A stretch of 64,000 nucleotides of DNA from Eledone cirrhosa (lineage: Eukaryota), in NCBI GenBank assembly GCA_964016885.1, contig OZ024740.1:120094001-120158000 (forward strand), read 5' to 3'. Positions within the stretch are counted from its first letter, which is position 1. Every line of letters starts with the position of its first letter. The notes below the pieces were generated by a model, which was given only the letters and a program-made list of their open reading frames with translations, was not told the origin of the DNA and ran no database searches. Shown piece after piece: positions 37,641 through 51,624 of this stretch. The translations under genes and the position numbers were made by a program.

Positions 37641-39399
37641 AGAAATACCCTATGAAACAATTACACTGCACTGTAGAATAATACCATATAATAACCAAAT
37701 AAACCAATGCTACATTAAAAACAGTTCTATTTCTTGATCAGCTCAAGGTTGTTTGGTGCTATAAAATAACTTATCTCTTTATTTTACATATTTATTTCTG
37801 TTTGTCAATCCTATTCCTTCTCAGTTTCCTATAGGTACACTAACATTTAAGAATAGTATTTATTGACTAAGCTTTAGGTATCTTTTCTTCAATATTTCTG
37901 TACTGTATGACCACTATTTCCCTCAGGTTTGTCTGTTCAGTCAGTTTAGCATTGACCTATATATATATATATACTAACACCCACTGCCAGTATGTATTTC
38001 ATTACTTTCATGTTGTATAATTCAGATAAAGGACTTGAACCAAAACATTATCACCTGCCTCATTTCATTGAATGCCAGCATATACCTTTCCTGTTTCTAT
38101 TTCCCCTAAAATATTCAGAAGACATAAAAGTATTGTTTTCCTTTCTCTTAACAAGTTAAGAATACTTACTATCAACCAATATTGTTAGATTGGGTCAGAA
38201 ATAAAAGGAAGTAAACACTACCAAAAGCTTTTAATATATATATCAGTTTCTCTAATCACAAGACGATCTAGGTGGCAGCTTAAGTAGCTAATACTTTAAG
38301 ATAACTCAGTATTTCAGATGCATCATTCAACCATGATTTGGAAATGAAAGCAATGGGTTGATGCTGTCACTAGGAATATGGTTATTGCTTTATTCAGCTT
38401 GAATTCTTGCAAAACCTAGATTACCATGGTATTAGTAACATCTAAGAATCTATAATATATCTTCAACATTCTAACATAGAACAAATAATATTTGGGAGAA
38501 AATAATTATACAGGATTTATATTATTTACCCTACAATTGGCAAATTCAGACTAAAATGATCCAAGTTTACTAAACACTGATACATAACAATAAAAGGTTC
38601 ATTGCAGTAAAAAGATACCTGTAAAATGAATTCTATATTGTTTTTTTTAAAAGTAATTTCATGATCTAAATATTTTTGAAATCATAGGCAGGCAAAGGTG
38701 ATGAAGGCTGATCCTAAGAAACTGAATCTCACAAAGAAGATGATAAAGGAAAGAAACAAGGAGGTAGATTCTGTAATGGAGAGGATTTGTCTATCTTATG
38801 CAAGCATGTAAAACTAGATGAAAAATGTGGATGACGATACATTGGAAAAACATTATAAATTGACAGAATTGTTACAGCATTGCAGTATGTATTTACAGCT
38901 CTTTATATTCTGAGTTTAAGTCCCACTACAGTTTGCTTATTATTGAAAGGTCAATGAAATAAAGTAGCAGTTAACTGTTGATTGTGATTTAATAGACTAT
39001 ATGTTACCCCATATTTGTTGTAACGTTTTTTGTTATAAATCAGAATTTCATCCATAAAAGTCCACTTTCTTTATAGCTGTGAGTTAGGTATCACTATATT
39101 CTTGGCCACAGTTTATTTTCACAATATATTTATTTTGCAAGGTACGTACACTATATTTTACTATATATTTCATTTGGTATTTAGTAGAGTCAATGTGTTC
39201 AAAAGAAAATGTCTGCCACATTGATGACTTTGCTGTACCTGAAAATCTGAAAAGTTTGCTTCATTATTAGAATATTTCCTTTATCATCACTATTTTCTTT
39301 TAACTTAATGATTGGATAACATATGCATGTTATACACATTCATACGTTTTAAATAATGGGATTGATGAGTTAATATCTGTATACAACAACTACAATGGT

Positions 39400-41530
39400 A
39401 CGTGATGGGGCCCACCCACAGCCCCATGGACAGAATGGAGAAGGCATTTCCCCAGAGAACGGCAAAGGAGACGCGCTGGAAAAGCCACTCCAACTCGTGG
39501 GGCTCACACCTGCGGCTGGCCAGTTCAGCCCCTATGGTGGTAAGTAAGGAGGTAGCCCTGGGGCCGAGGACACCAGAAGTCTCCACTGCCAGGGGTACGA
39601 CCGCAAACCTGTCGGAGAGTGACCGGTATTTGAGGAGTTTGGCCTCCTCAACCCAACATGTAGCAGAACCTGGTTCAGTCGCAGACTGCACCAGGTTGTG
39701 GCTTCAGAAAGTGTCAGTGCAAGTGGCATCTCAGACGAGGGGTTTGCCACCGTGGAACGGGAAGATGGTCATCCCATCTGGCTTTTTGCCGTCCCCTCGA
39801 TCTAGCCCCACCGGCTCGAGCTGGGAAGGGAAGCCTGCAGCATCCAAGCCATGCTTAATGACCTCATTAAGGGCAGCATGGCGTTGAATGCGGCAACAGG
39901 AAAGCGGGTGGAGGCCTAAAGAGTCTACGGTGGAACCGCAGCAACATTGGTGTGGCTGGCAGATCCGGAGGCCGAGCCTCAGGGAAATGCCGATGCGCAG
40001 GCTATGGTTGTCTAGCTGCGTGCCAGTGGAGAAGGAGGGCAGGGCATGGAGCCAGGCACCACTGTGGGGTTTGGAGGCCACACGAAAACAAGCATAGCAG
40101 TGCTGGTCGAGCTGGTGCATGAGCCTGTCTGAGGCCAAGCTGCACTGGATGGCATCCCACGTGCATTGGGGGGACTTGACGTCAACAGGGGGAAAAGGAG
40201 GAGGGATGTCTACTGGGCTAAGTCCCAGCCGGTCCCACGTCTCACAGGTGGCCTCATGTTCTCTGAACACAGAGGGTTCTGTTGTGCTTTGAAGAACCCT
40301 GCTGACGAGGACGCGGCACGAGGGTACCGACGAAAGATACGCCGGCAAAGCTAGTGAGATCGGGGACCGGAGGCCAAGGCCGCCATACCTGACAGGTAAA
40401 GTGGCCTGTTGCCACTCTAAGTCGTCAAACTTGACATTGCATATCTCCTGTTGCTTGGATACAAGTATCAAGGTCAGTGAGGAGAGATGTCTGGGTGTAG
40501 CACGGAGCGATGCGGAGTGCATAGAGGAGCTTCAGCATGGCGAAGCAGTTCCTCAGCAGAAACAAAGCTGGGTGGTCGTCAATCAAGCCCAGTTGGCTCA
40601 TGAGAGTCTGGAGCTGTTGAAGCCTGGACCTGATGGTGGAGCAGATGGCCAGTGGGTGGATCGGTGACCTGAGGATGAGGACATCCTCTTTGGAGGTCAC
40701 CTGAACCTGGTGGAGAAAGGACCGCACATTCAAGACGGTGGCTGCAAAGCTCGCAGCATCGAGGCTGACATTCACCACTTCCGACTTGGCCGAGTTGACC
40801 TGGAGACCAATTCCCGCCAGGGCAGGAACCACTAATTGAAGGTCATCGCAGACCGTCCATACAGGCTGCCCAACATAGCATCATCCAGATACCAAACGTT
40901 GAGAGGGGCCGTGATACTCCGGGTGATGTGGTCAATACCAAGGGCAAACAGGAGGGGTACCAAAGGGTCACCCTGTTGGACCCCAGTAGCCGAGGGTATG
41001 ACCGTATCAGCGACAAGGAGCATGCTCGGGGCTCCATATGACAGGTAGGCCAGTGGGTATGCAGAGGGCGCTCGGCTCATGCAGGCCTTGAGCAGATGAT
41101 CCCGGCGTAAAGAGTTGAAGGCATTCCTCATGTCAAGCTTGACAATGAGGTGCTTGGAGTCTCTGTATACCGTTTCCGACGGGCAGCTGTTGAAGAACTG
41201 CCTGTTTGCATGAGCGCCCCCCCCCCTCACAGCCACCTGACACACCAATACCCAGTTGCACCGGACTACACTACTCACCCAGTTTGTGTGTTACGGACTT
41301 GCAGATCACCTTGGCAGCCAGCCTCCGGAAGACATTGCCCACAGCAATGGGGTGCATGCCACCCTCTTTCTTCCTGAGAGCGGTGAGGCTGGCCGAAAAA
41401 AAGATGCCTCGGGCATAAGGGTCCAGGGCACCATGGATGAGCCTATTGGTGAGCGCCACAATTGCACTCAGAAAGCGGCACCCGGCCTCAGCGGAGAGGG
41501 GGGATGTCAACTCCTTGAGGTGGCCTTTTG
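39400..41530 (-). mobile_element. CRE-clade non-LTR retrotransposon fragment (RT + Zn motif + restriction-like endonuclease), frameshifted
   Basis: GGMHPIAVGNVFRRLAAK, KLDMRNAFNS, GVQQGDPLVPLLF, WYLDD, GLQVNSAKSE, LPVRYGGLG, HSGAWLHALP, CCCG..H..SC..RH, KPDG, KLLKY, PLAVETSG. Markedly GC-richer than its flanks. Confidence 0.88.
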
Positions 41531-42807
41531 GAATTAATTGCATTATTCTCTCTAACTTCTATACCTTTAGCACATTCTACTCTCTAAATTCAGTGTAAAA
41601 CATTACATTAATACTTAATCTCAGATATCCTGTTAACTGTTAATGTAACCCATACCATTCACTATAGTCAACCGTTTTCTATAAACTCTCTAATCTCAAT
41701 TGACCTTTCTGAAAAAAGAGAGCTTGTATACATTAGGAGTTGTGATATTTTCCTTTTACAAAACTTTGAAAAAACAAAATAATCTTAGCTAGGATACAAA
41801 ACTAACAATGTTTGGAGCAACATAACCATATGAAACATTGCCAGTGGATCCTTCCCAAGGACCACTTTTATCTAATTTCCAGAGGCATCGGGTTTTTGAA
41901 GGTCCATTCAACAAGCTAAGGGATGGGAGCAGAAATGCAATATTTAGATTGATGATGATGCTGATATTTCAGTTATTAATTTGGGGATTTTAGGATTTTA
42001 AAGTCCAAGTTAATGAAAAATCTCTCATAATTTGACTTTATGCTGACTAAATTATCCTCAAGAGGTTAGAATATGTTAGCAGATCTTCCAGTTTGATGAC
42101 TATATTTCATTCATTTTGCACAAATGAGAAGTTAGGTATTGTAGTAGAGCACCAATATTAAACTTTCATGAAAATTACACAGAATAATTATCTAAGAATA
42201 ATTAATAGATAATAAAAGTAATTATCTTTATCATGCCACAGTTTGTTTTCTTTTGTTTAGTTAGAAGTTTACAGATAACTTTTTAAATATATTTATTTTT
42301 CTTCTCTTCCCATGCATGTGATTTGAGTGCTTGGAAATATCTCATTTGGAATTAAATGTATTTTCTTTTTAAGATATAGAGTATACAGAAGTTTCAGAAT
42401 GATTTGGTAAAAACAAATGAATAGGAATAATTATACATTATTTTAGAAATAATATATATATCTGTGAGATGTGTGTGTTTGTGTAATTAGTTTAAGGAAA
42501 AGAAAATCAACAATGGCAATAACACCAAAAATTAAAACATTTGTGCAATTATCTGACAGTCATAACAAAATGCATATTTGATAATTGTAAATAAATAGCA
42601 AAATGAATATGTGTATAAAGAAAAATAGTGAAATATTATTTAATGATTGTTTAAGCTGGAATTAGAGACGAACATATAGAAAGTTAAATAATTATTACTC
42701 ATCCACATTATATGTAATGTGTGTGTGTATATATATATATAAACTGCATATCTTCACACAGATAAATATATTAAGAGTGAGAGTGAATGTATAAAACAAG
42801 ATTCATA

Positions 42808-42864
<57 letters not shown>

Positions 42865-44326
42865 TACATATATATATATGTGTGTGTGTTTTGTTGTAAT
42901 TAAGAAATTGAGGTCAAACTTAATCTAGTGTTTCTGCCAGAATTTGCAACTGATAGAAAGTATCAGTAATGGAATCATAGTTTTCTTGAGCTGATCTGAT
43001 GATGGTTCTTATTTTATGTTTCCTTTCAATTTGGGGTGGTAGACATAAAATAAAAAAAGACAAGTAGATTTGTTTACCTGCCTTAAGTTTATTTTAAAAT
43101 CTTTACTCATTAGCCAAAAATACTTTGGAAAAAACATGAACATCACAATGATCTATTCCTACCCTTAAACTTTAAAGTGTAATTAAACGTTTTGTTACTA
43201 TATTTCTAATATTTCCCATATATTTTAAAACCATTAACATCATATTTGTAACACATCTTAAAGGGTTTATATATGAAATAATGCTGGAAGGTTTTAATCT
43301 AAATAGATGCCCTTTAAAATGTTAGGTATCTGCAGCCTGAGGTTATCTAAAGCCAAGAAAGCTCACAAAACTGACAGGTCCAGCTCAACCTACAGGATAA
43401 AAGGGGAGGTGCTGGTAGAAAAGAAAAGTCACAACCAGGTACAGAAATACTATTGCATCAAAATTCAGAGAACTCACTGAGCAAACTGAAGATGCTGAAG
43501 GAGTGTGGTGACTGTTCAGCTCGGCAGTTTCTGCTTCAACTGGTACAAATAAGTGGTCAAAGATAACATCTGAACAAAGAAGAAGGCATACAAAGATTGG
43601 CTTAGAAATAAGTCCTCTTTCTTGCACTTGCAGTAGAAGCACATGTGAAAGTCAAAGCAGAGATAGTAAAGGCATCCTAAGTTAAGACATGGGAGGAGTT
43701 TGAGGTAAAGCTGGAATGCGACTTCATATCAGAATTTAAATTGTTCTATCAGACCATCTGATGACTGTAATAAGAATTCCTCTTCCATGCCTGCTTTCAG
43801 GTACATGTGTAGGGTCAAGAGCAATTAAAAAGCGCAAATGTGGCAATGCCTGTAAGGAGGATAAAACTTGGCCTGAGATGTTAAAAGTCTTAAATTGAGT
43901 AGGTATTCTCTAGCTGATATGTATGCCGGTTGGCCTGGATCTCTGGAATGTCACCTAAGCAATGGCTATTGGGGGTGATAATCTCAATTTTCCAAAAAGT
44001 GTTAAGAGAGATAGCTCCAATTATAGAGGGATCTCCTTGTTAAGCCTCCCTGGTAAAGTCTATGCTAAGTGTCTGGCAAAGAAATGTAGGGATATTGTTG
44101 AGTCCAAGCTAGCTGATAAACAGTGTGGTTTTCACCCCAAATGCAGCCCAATCAACCAAATATTCACACTGCAGATGGTCTTTGAGAAATATTGGGAGTA
44201 TTTCCATGAAGTGTATGCTTGTTTTGTAAACCTTGAAAAGGCAGATCACTGCTTTCCACAGGACCTGTTGTATGAGGTTCTTCAGAAGTATTGGGATCAA
44301 TGGAGAGCTTCTTGTTGCACTGATGT

Positions 44327-44600
44327 ATCATCATCATCATCTATTAAGGTTTATCTTCCACGCTAGCATGGGTTAGACAGGTTTGTCCCATTTAGAGGCA
44401 AGTTGGGTGGGTGACTATGTCTCACTCATATAGGAGTATTTCTGGCTGGTTTTCTATGCCTGGATACCCTTCCTAATGCCAACTACATTGACAGAGTGTG
44501 CTGGGTACTTTTTGCCATGTCTTTTATATATCCACTTTCCAGTGTTGGCCAAGTGCTTTTTGTCATGATACCCCCCAATCACTTTACAGTGTATGCTTTG
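44327..44600 (-). mobile_element. RTE subfamily B 3'UTR / non-autonomous derivative (diverged)
   Basis: Homologous to 1-240, with a (GAT)n tail and repeated modules. Confidence 0.7.
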
Positions 44601-45099
44601 AAAAAATGATATAGTCAAAAACATTTAATGTGAGTGTTAGACTAACAAGGGTGCGTACTGTCACCTCTCCTCTTCATAATTGACATAGACATGATTGACA
44701 TGTGTCACCATATTGGAAGTGGTATCAAGACTGGCAGGTGCAGGATCAGTCAGCTGAAATTTTGTGGATTACATGACATTACTAAACTAGTCAGAAAATA
44801 TCCAACATGTACATGATAGGTTTGTACATGAGTGCTGCATGGCAGGAGAGAAAGTCTGTATAGTGGAAACTGAGAAACTCATCTTCTCAAAGAAGCATGT
44901 GCAGTGAACTCTACATGTGAATGGAGTTCCACTGAAGTGATTCAAGTATCTCAAAACTATATGCACAAGTGATGGAAAGCAGGAGGCTGAATTAAGTGCA
45001 AGAATTGCAGCAGCTTCTGTAGCAATCAACCAGCTTCAGCACTTGATCATCTGAAGAAGGGAGATAGGTATAAGTGTCAAACTTGCTTTCTTCAATTCA

Positions 45100-45282
45100 T
45101 TGGCAGTATTGGTAGAAGGTCGGACGCTATGCTTTGTAGCATAGAGGTACGGTCCTTTATGGTCTGAGTTCAAATTGCACCGAGGTTAACTTTGTCTTTC
45201 ATCCTTATGGGGTCGATAAAATAAAGTACCAGTAATGCACTGGGATAATTGCTGGTCTTGTGCCAAAAGTATAAACATTTAT
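45100..45282 (+). mobile_element. SINE family B
   Basis: Family B body inserted in the RTE remnant. Confidence 0.85.
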
Positions 45283-46250
45283 TTGTGCCAACCATTACCC
45301 TATGGTCATGAAACCTGGGTAATGACAAAAAAAAATACGATTACAAAGAAAAGCAACCAAAATGGCATTCCTCAAAAGAGTCTTAAGAGTAATAGTACTT
45401 GAGAAAGTGTGTAGTTTGGAGATCATGGCATCTACTTCTGCAAATTGAGAGATCACAGCTCTGATACTATGAACATATCATTAGAATATAGGAGGAAAGA
45501 ATCACTGGTTGGTGATCTACACAATAAGTGTACCCAGAACACACTGTAAAGTGGTTGGTGATAGGAAGGGCAATCAGCCATAAAAGGTTTGCCAAACAAA
45601 GTGTTAGGAGGATCCTTTAGTTTTGTCAAGGATATGTCGGCATCTCTAGAGTTGCTTATCTATATTATAAATGCACCCAGTACATGATGCAAAATAGTTG
45701 GTGATAAGAAGAGCATTAATTCATGGAAAGCTTGCCTAACAAAAGTTTTGGCAGGCCCTTCAGTTCTGTTGAAGGCATGATAAATTCTCCTGTGCACGTG
45801 GAAATGTGAGTTATCTATTTGTGTCAGCATTTTACTAAATCCTTCAAATCAAAAACTTTCAACTCCATATATATTATTATTTGCCATTATAAAGGAAAAG
45901 GTTACATAACATTTATTTTGAAACATAAAGCACCAATATTTGTTAATTCAATTTAAAAAAAAAATATTTCCAAAGACTGTTTTGCAATATATATCCAAAA
46001 GAAAAAAACAAATGTTCAAGAATGTTTCATGACTTTCAAACTCAACAATGTCTCCATCTGATCATGAACATTGTTGCCTCCAGTCCCTCTCCTCACTTAC
46101 TTTTGGTGTTATAGTGTTTGTACTGTTGGACAAATTTTTTGTACTTGGAGTGTTGCCATAATGAGAGACAGTGAAAACAGATAGTGAGGGAAAAAGAGTT
46201 ATTGAGAGAAAAATTGAGAAAAATAAAAAATAGTTTAAATAGTTACTTAC

Positions 46251-46379
46251 AGAAAACGGTAACTTTGATTATATGGCTGACTGCATTAGCTACCCCGTTG
46301 TCTGCAACACACTCATATAAGCCATTACAGTAACGGGAAATGTTGTGGATCATCAATACTTCTCCAGTCATGCCTATCC
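46251..46379 (-). CDS. Internal exon (C-terminal half of an Ig domain) of a lachesin/DIP/IgLON-like cell-adhesion protein
   Basis: Acceptor tgttgtgttccag, 129 bp, phase 1-1, donor T|gtaagt. Reads (R)IGMTGEVLMIHNISRYCNGLYECVADNGVANAVSHIIKVTVF with the Ig F-strand GxYxC motif. An alternative in-frame acceptor starts at 46433. Confidence 0.9.
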
Positions 46380-49300
46380 CTGGAACACAACATAGAAGAC
46401 ATGTATTCAGGCCCTTTCCAGTCATGCCTATTCCTGTAATACAATATACAACACTTAGTCAGAAACAGAATCACCACATACACAAGACGATAAAAAAAAA
46501 TAACAAGAACAATGCAAAACATTAGGATTTGAATCAACAATATCCCACAGACAACGTGAAGAGTCTATTTGTTGTTATTTGCTTGCAAACTCATAAGAGT
46601 ACATACAGACCATCAACTATTTAATATAATAATATTGCAAGGTTAATGTTTCTGCAGCTATGAGAGGAACAGAGATTGAGTATATTATAGTACATTTTGG
46701 TAAATGAGATGTTATTCAAATATTTTGAATTTTGTTACATAAAATTCTTATACTGTATACAATCAATAAATATTGTCATTTGAGATATTATGGTTAACAT
46801 CATTGGTTAAATGTTGCTATTGTGTGCACTGTAGTAGAACACGAATGAACAAAGTCCATTTATTACATAGAAATTTATAAACACTGGTATATAAAGATAT
46901 TATTTTTAAAAGAGCTTGTAAATGTGTACTCAGATGTTAACATTTGTCTATGAGCACTTATTACTGCAATGATATGCAAACATTAAAAACAAAACCACAT
47001 TGATTGTGATTTCTTATCCAATTAATCCAGTTCTGTGTTCATTGATAAATTGCTTACAGAACCTCACCCCATTAATATACAAGTGTCATGAATCTAAGTT
47101 CTATTAACTAGAAACATGCTAATCTTTATCATCTAATTTATTTCCACAAGATTCATTCCCATGATGGTGCTTTGCTCATGATATACATCATGTGTCTGAA
47201 GTTCTGTGAAAATTAATTGAGTTTTATAGGTTTATTGCTTCCAAGGCAAACAAAACACACACACATACATACATATGTACACACAAGTATATATATAAAG
47301 ATGCAAACCGTTCTTCTTTCATTATGACCTATGCAATATTTGAATGATTGTCTCTATTCTAAGAACAATTGCTAAGCTACTAGTTTACAATCCTATTGTA
47401 TCACTGATTGATAAAATTCGATTTAAGAATCCTGTTCTACCACTATATATTACTTCAGATTCCAACAATTCTCTATTATAGATACAAGTGAGTTAACACT
47501 ACACCAATCCTATTTTATCACTACAGCTGACTTAAAATTCCCCCAAACTCATTTCATCTTTCTGTAGTTACTTTTAAATCCTACCAAACCTGTCTTATTA
47601 CTGTTATTAATGTTCTTAATTTATGAACATATGAAACCACATCAGGAAATTTTGACCTATTAACACATCTGCATTTATATATCTGACCATTTACTGTTTA
47701 GTTCTATACTTTCAGACCAACAAAGCATGAGAAGGAAAGATGTCTATGTGTTTTCAATGGTCTATCCATTCTGGTTGCTATCAGCCACTTGCAACTCCTG
47801 GTGGAAGAGGGTAGGATTTGAACTCAGAATACACAGAGTAGGATTAGATGCCAAAAAGGAGACTGGTGACTCTTTAAGAATTCTGCTTAGTCACTGATCC
47901 TGGACATACACTATATTTATTTTCTCTGAAAGGATAAAAAGGAAAGTTGGCCTTGACAGGATTTGAACTAGAGTACACAGAACCAAATAAGAAGAGATGT
48001 AATCTAATATTGTAATGGCTCTATCAATTCAAATTAACTAAAATGAAATCAGTTTGAAAAACATTTATTGGGTATTATAATAATTCATACTAAATTTCTC
48101 ACAAAATAAATACTGCATGTATTGTATGTACAGTCACGTAAATCCTGAGGGAGTCATGGGGTGCCGTATTAACATACACATTTCTAGGGCATTTTTAAAA
48201 ACCCTGGCAGAGCTCATATCCTCTACAGGTTTGAATATAGCAAATTTCTTCCAGAGAAGGATAGAAAGTGAGAGAATGGACGTGAAAAATAAATGAAGAA
48301 GAATCAACCCCATTACTAAACTGGTACTTTTTTTTATTATTGATCTTCAATGGGCAAAAGATAAAGTTGACCTCAGTGGGATTTGAACTGAGAGAGCCGA
48401 AACAAATACCACAAACCATTCTACCTGATATTCTAATGACTGCCAATTCACTGTCTACATTGCAGGTCCTATTAAGGAAATTGAAACTCGAAAAAGTAGT
48501 TGTGTCATCACCAGCAAAACAACACATGTATAAAATGAGGGCAGTTCCTCATATATATTATATATATATCACCATCACTGTTTAACGTCCATTTTTCCAA
48601 GCTGACATTGGTTAAATGAGTTATCTTATTGTGAGCAATGTAATGTCAGGTGACCTTCCTAGCACCATCCTAATTTACAGTGAGTAGTGGGTGCTTTTTG
48701 TCATGATGCCTACCCAACCACTTTACAGTTTGGAACTAGGGCTTACCAGGCCTTTGAGACAAGTGAAATCAATAATGGACAATTAAAGAAGCATATTATG
48801 CAAAACACTCAACACAATTTTGGAACAGACTCACAAATATTATATATATATATATATATATATATGGTGTTGGTCTGCTGTCAGTTCTTATGAAGTGTGT
48901 TCCATTGTTCAAACAACAGAATTGTCTGCTTGTGAAATTAATGCATAACTGGTCAACCATTACACAGACTCATGCCCCACATATGTAATTCTCAGTGAGA
49001 TTCAGAGAAATATAAAATATGACAATTCTGGCACCTTGAATTACATGTACAACTCATGTTTGCCAACTGTGTGGATTTTAACAATGCAGAATAAAGTGTG
49101 TTGCCAAGTTCATGGTTCAGGAATGAAACTCACGTCTTGAAGATTGTGTGCTGAAAATCATAACCACTAAGTTATGCACCTTTATTTATATTTTTGTGTG
49201 TGTGTGCACCACAAAATAGCACAATGAGGACAAAAATATATATGTAAGACAGATACATAGAGACAACATGGAAAACAATGCTGGTTGCTTCAGCCACCCA

Positions 49301-49699
49301 TTACATGTAGCATAAAAATTGAGTTTCAATGCAAAAAGTGTTACTGGACCTTTAGCCACACCAGTATATATTTGAATGATAAGAATGCCTTTTCTGGGGG
49401 TTGTTTTTCTTTAATGATCAAATATTTTACAACATATTATTGTAACTCTAGTGAGAAGGTGTTTTAATCCGGCTTCTTGCATTATTGCAATCTTCCAACT
49501 ATTCCTTAGCTCCTTGGTTTTGATTTTCATATAGTCTTTGCATATGTCTGGAGGTGAGGGTGGGGCAATAAGTGTGTATATATAAACAAAATGTGCAAGT
49601 CAAATGAGGAGATAAACATGTGTCATTGTTTGGTGAGTTAGAGAGAGAAAAGTATTGGGATGGTGAGATTTAATAAATTCAAATAATTGACAATCAAAT

Positions 49700-50260
49700 C
49701 CTTGAAGAAAGAAATATTTTAGCTTCGATTTAACAAGTCTATATACCAATATCCCACATACTTTAGGAATTGAAGTTGTCGACATGTGGATGACAAATCC
49801 CCCAGATCACAACCGAGAGAGATTCTTAAAAGATTGTATTTTGGAAGGACTAAAATTAGTACAGGAGGATAATGTTTTACAATAATGTTTATTTAAAATA
49901 AAAAGGGGTGGTCATGGGCACAAGGTAGCCCCAACATATGCCACATTAATGATTGGCCTCTTAGAAGAAAAACTATATTCCCAGTTATTGGAAATGATAT
50001 GTAAATGACTGCTTCATCTTCTGGAACGGAAGTAAAAGTGATTTGGAAATACTTCACTACCTTTAAACATTCTACATGTAGCAATAAAAAGGAACTACCA
50101 TTTTTAGACATCTTCATTATCAACAAAGAGGATGATGTGAAAACAGATATTTTTTACAAACAAACAGATACATATTTTTGAATTTTCAATCTTCCCATTC
50201 CACTCATATGAAAAGGAACATTCTATTCAATATGGTAAGACATGTTTGCACCCTAGTAAA
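49700..50260 (+). mobile_element. Degraded Penelope-like RT remnant
   Basis: SFDLTSLYTNIPHTLG, APTYATLMIG, LPFLDIFI, TDIFYKQTDT and SSHSTHMKRNI fragments. Confidence 0.75.
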
Positions 50261-50769
50261 TTTTTCAAGGATTGAAATGGTACCTTGAATATCAATATGG
50301 CCATTTCCAAGGTATAGAAGATCCCAATTACAGAACTTAGAAAGAAATGAAACCAAGAAAATAAAAACGAACAAACAATTAATTGCCTATGCTATCACTC
50401 ACCACAAAATATTTTGAATGCTGCTAAAATGTATTTCCTACGAGGCAATAGAAAAGACTTAATTTTAAAAAATCAACCAGCTAAAATATTGCCAACAGCA
50501 ACATCTCTATTTACCAACTTTAGTATCATTTTAAATCTAAACAATTCAAAACCAACAAAATAGTTTCAGGACGTTGTCAGATATCGCCTTCAATTGGATT
50601 TGCATGCAGTTATTTATTGGGTGGAAAAAACCCCCACTATATGCAACTTATTGCGGAAAAATTTAGACTTATCCTCCATTGAAAAGAGGGTGCACTTAAA
50701 CAACAATGTTTTCATCTCTTGGGAGAAATACTTGTAGCATCAAATTAACACTAGCGATCTTCGTACATC

Positions 50770-51370
50770 TGTGGATAACAACTTAACTGGAATGCCCGCA
50801 ATAAAGAGTGAATATGACATGGCCCACAGGATGTGCTTCTGGATTCTTAGAACTTTCAGGTCTAAGGATCCTGATGCCCAGAACACCACTGGAATATTGG
50901 GGCCTGATGTGGTTTGCTTAAAAGATATTATGAAAACTGAAGTAGGCCAAAGGTCAATTTAAAAAATGACAACAGTCCTGAACTATTGGGATTAACTGGA
51001 AAAAGTTAAAACTATTTTTGTCAATGCCACTGTAAGCCCTACATCATTCATATGATGTAGGAAATATTGCAACAATATCACCCAAATGATGCTGATATCA
51101 ACTTTAAAATCATCTGAAGTTTGACCCGCCTGACATTTGTCACTTTAAAAAAAAAGATCAAGCTCACATCGCATAATATCATGATAGAATTATTTCATCT
51201 CAATTGGCCTGGTTCTCTTTAATATCCTATCAAAACATATCAAGGGAGAAAACAATTTCATGACATCCCACTATTTCCAGAACAACTGTTTTCAAGAAAT
51301 TCCAGATAAGCAATATACATCATATGATGAGCTAGGGCATTCAAAGTATAACTGGCTAAAAGTTATCAAA
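50770..51370 (+). mobile_element. Degraded LINE 3' remnant (CR1/L2-group-like)
   Basis: MCFWILRTFRSKDP and IGLVLFNILSK fragments resemble LINE ORF2 C-termini. Confidence 0.45.
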
Positions 51371-51374
51371 GATT

Positions 51375-51429
<55 letters not shown>

Positions 51430-51471
51430 GCATCCATACATATATGTATATACACATATACATATTATATT

Positions 51472-51624
51472 GTTTCTACTTTAGGCACAAGGCCAGCAAT
51501 TACCCAGTGCATTACTGGTACTTTATTTTATCGACCCCGTAAGGATGAAAGGCAAAGTCAACCTCGGCGGGATTTGATCTCAGATCGTAAAGGGACGTAA
51601 CTATGCTGGAAAGCATGGCGTCCG
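51472..51624 (-). mobile_element. SINE family B
   Basis: Family B body with direct repeat ATATACATATTATATTG. Confidence 0.88.

Larger units (their letters stand above)
43340..45510 (+). mobile_element. Degraded RTE-clade LINE carrying nested SINE insertions
   Basis: NYRGISLLSLPGKVYAK, QCGF, QIFTL, FVNLEKAD, YGHETWVM. Interrupted at 44327-44600 and 45100-45282. Confidence 0.8.

Noticed and set aside
38015-38055. Hammerhead-like relic CAGATAA-AGG…CC-AAAAC
   Set aside because: Three core mismatches and no clear stem I.
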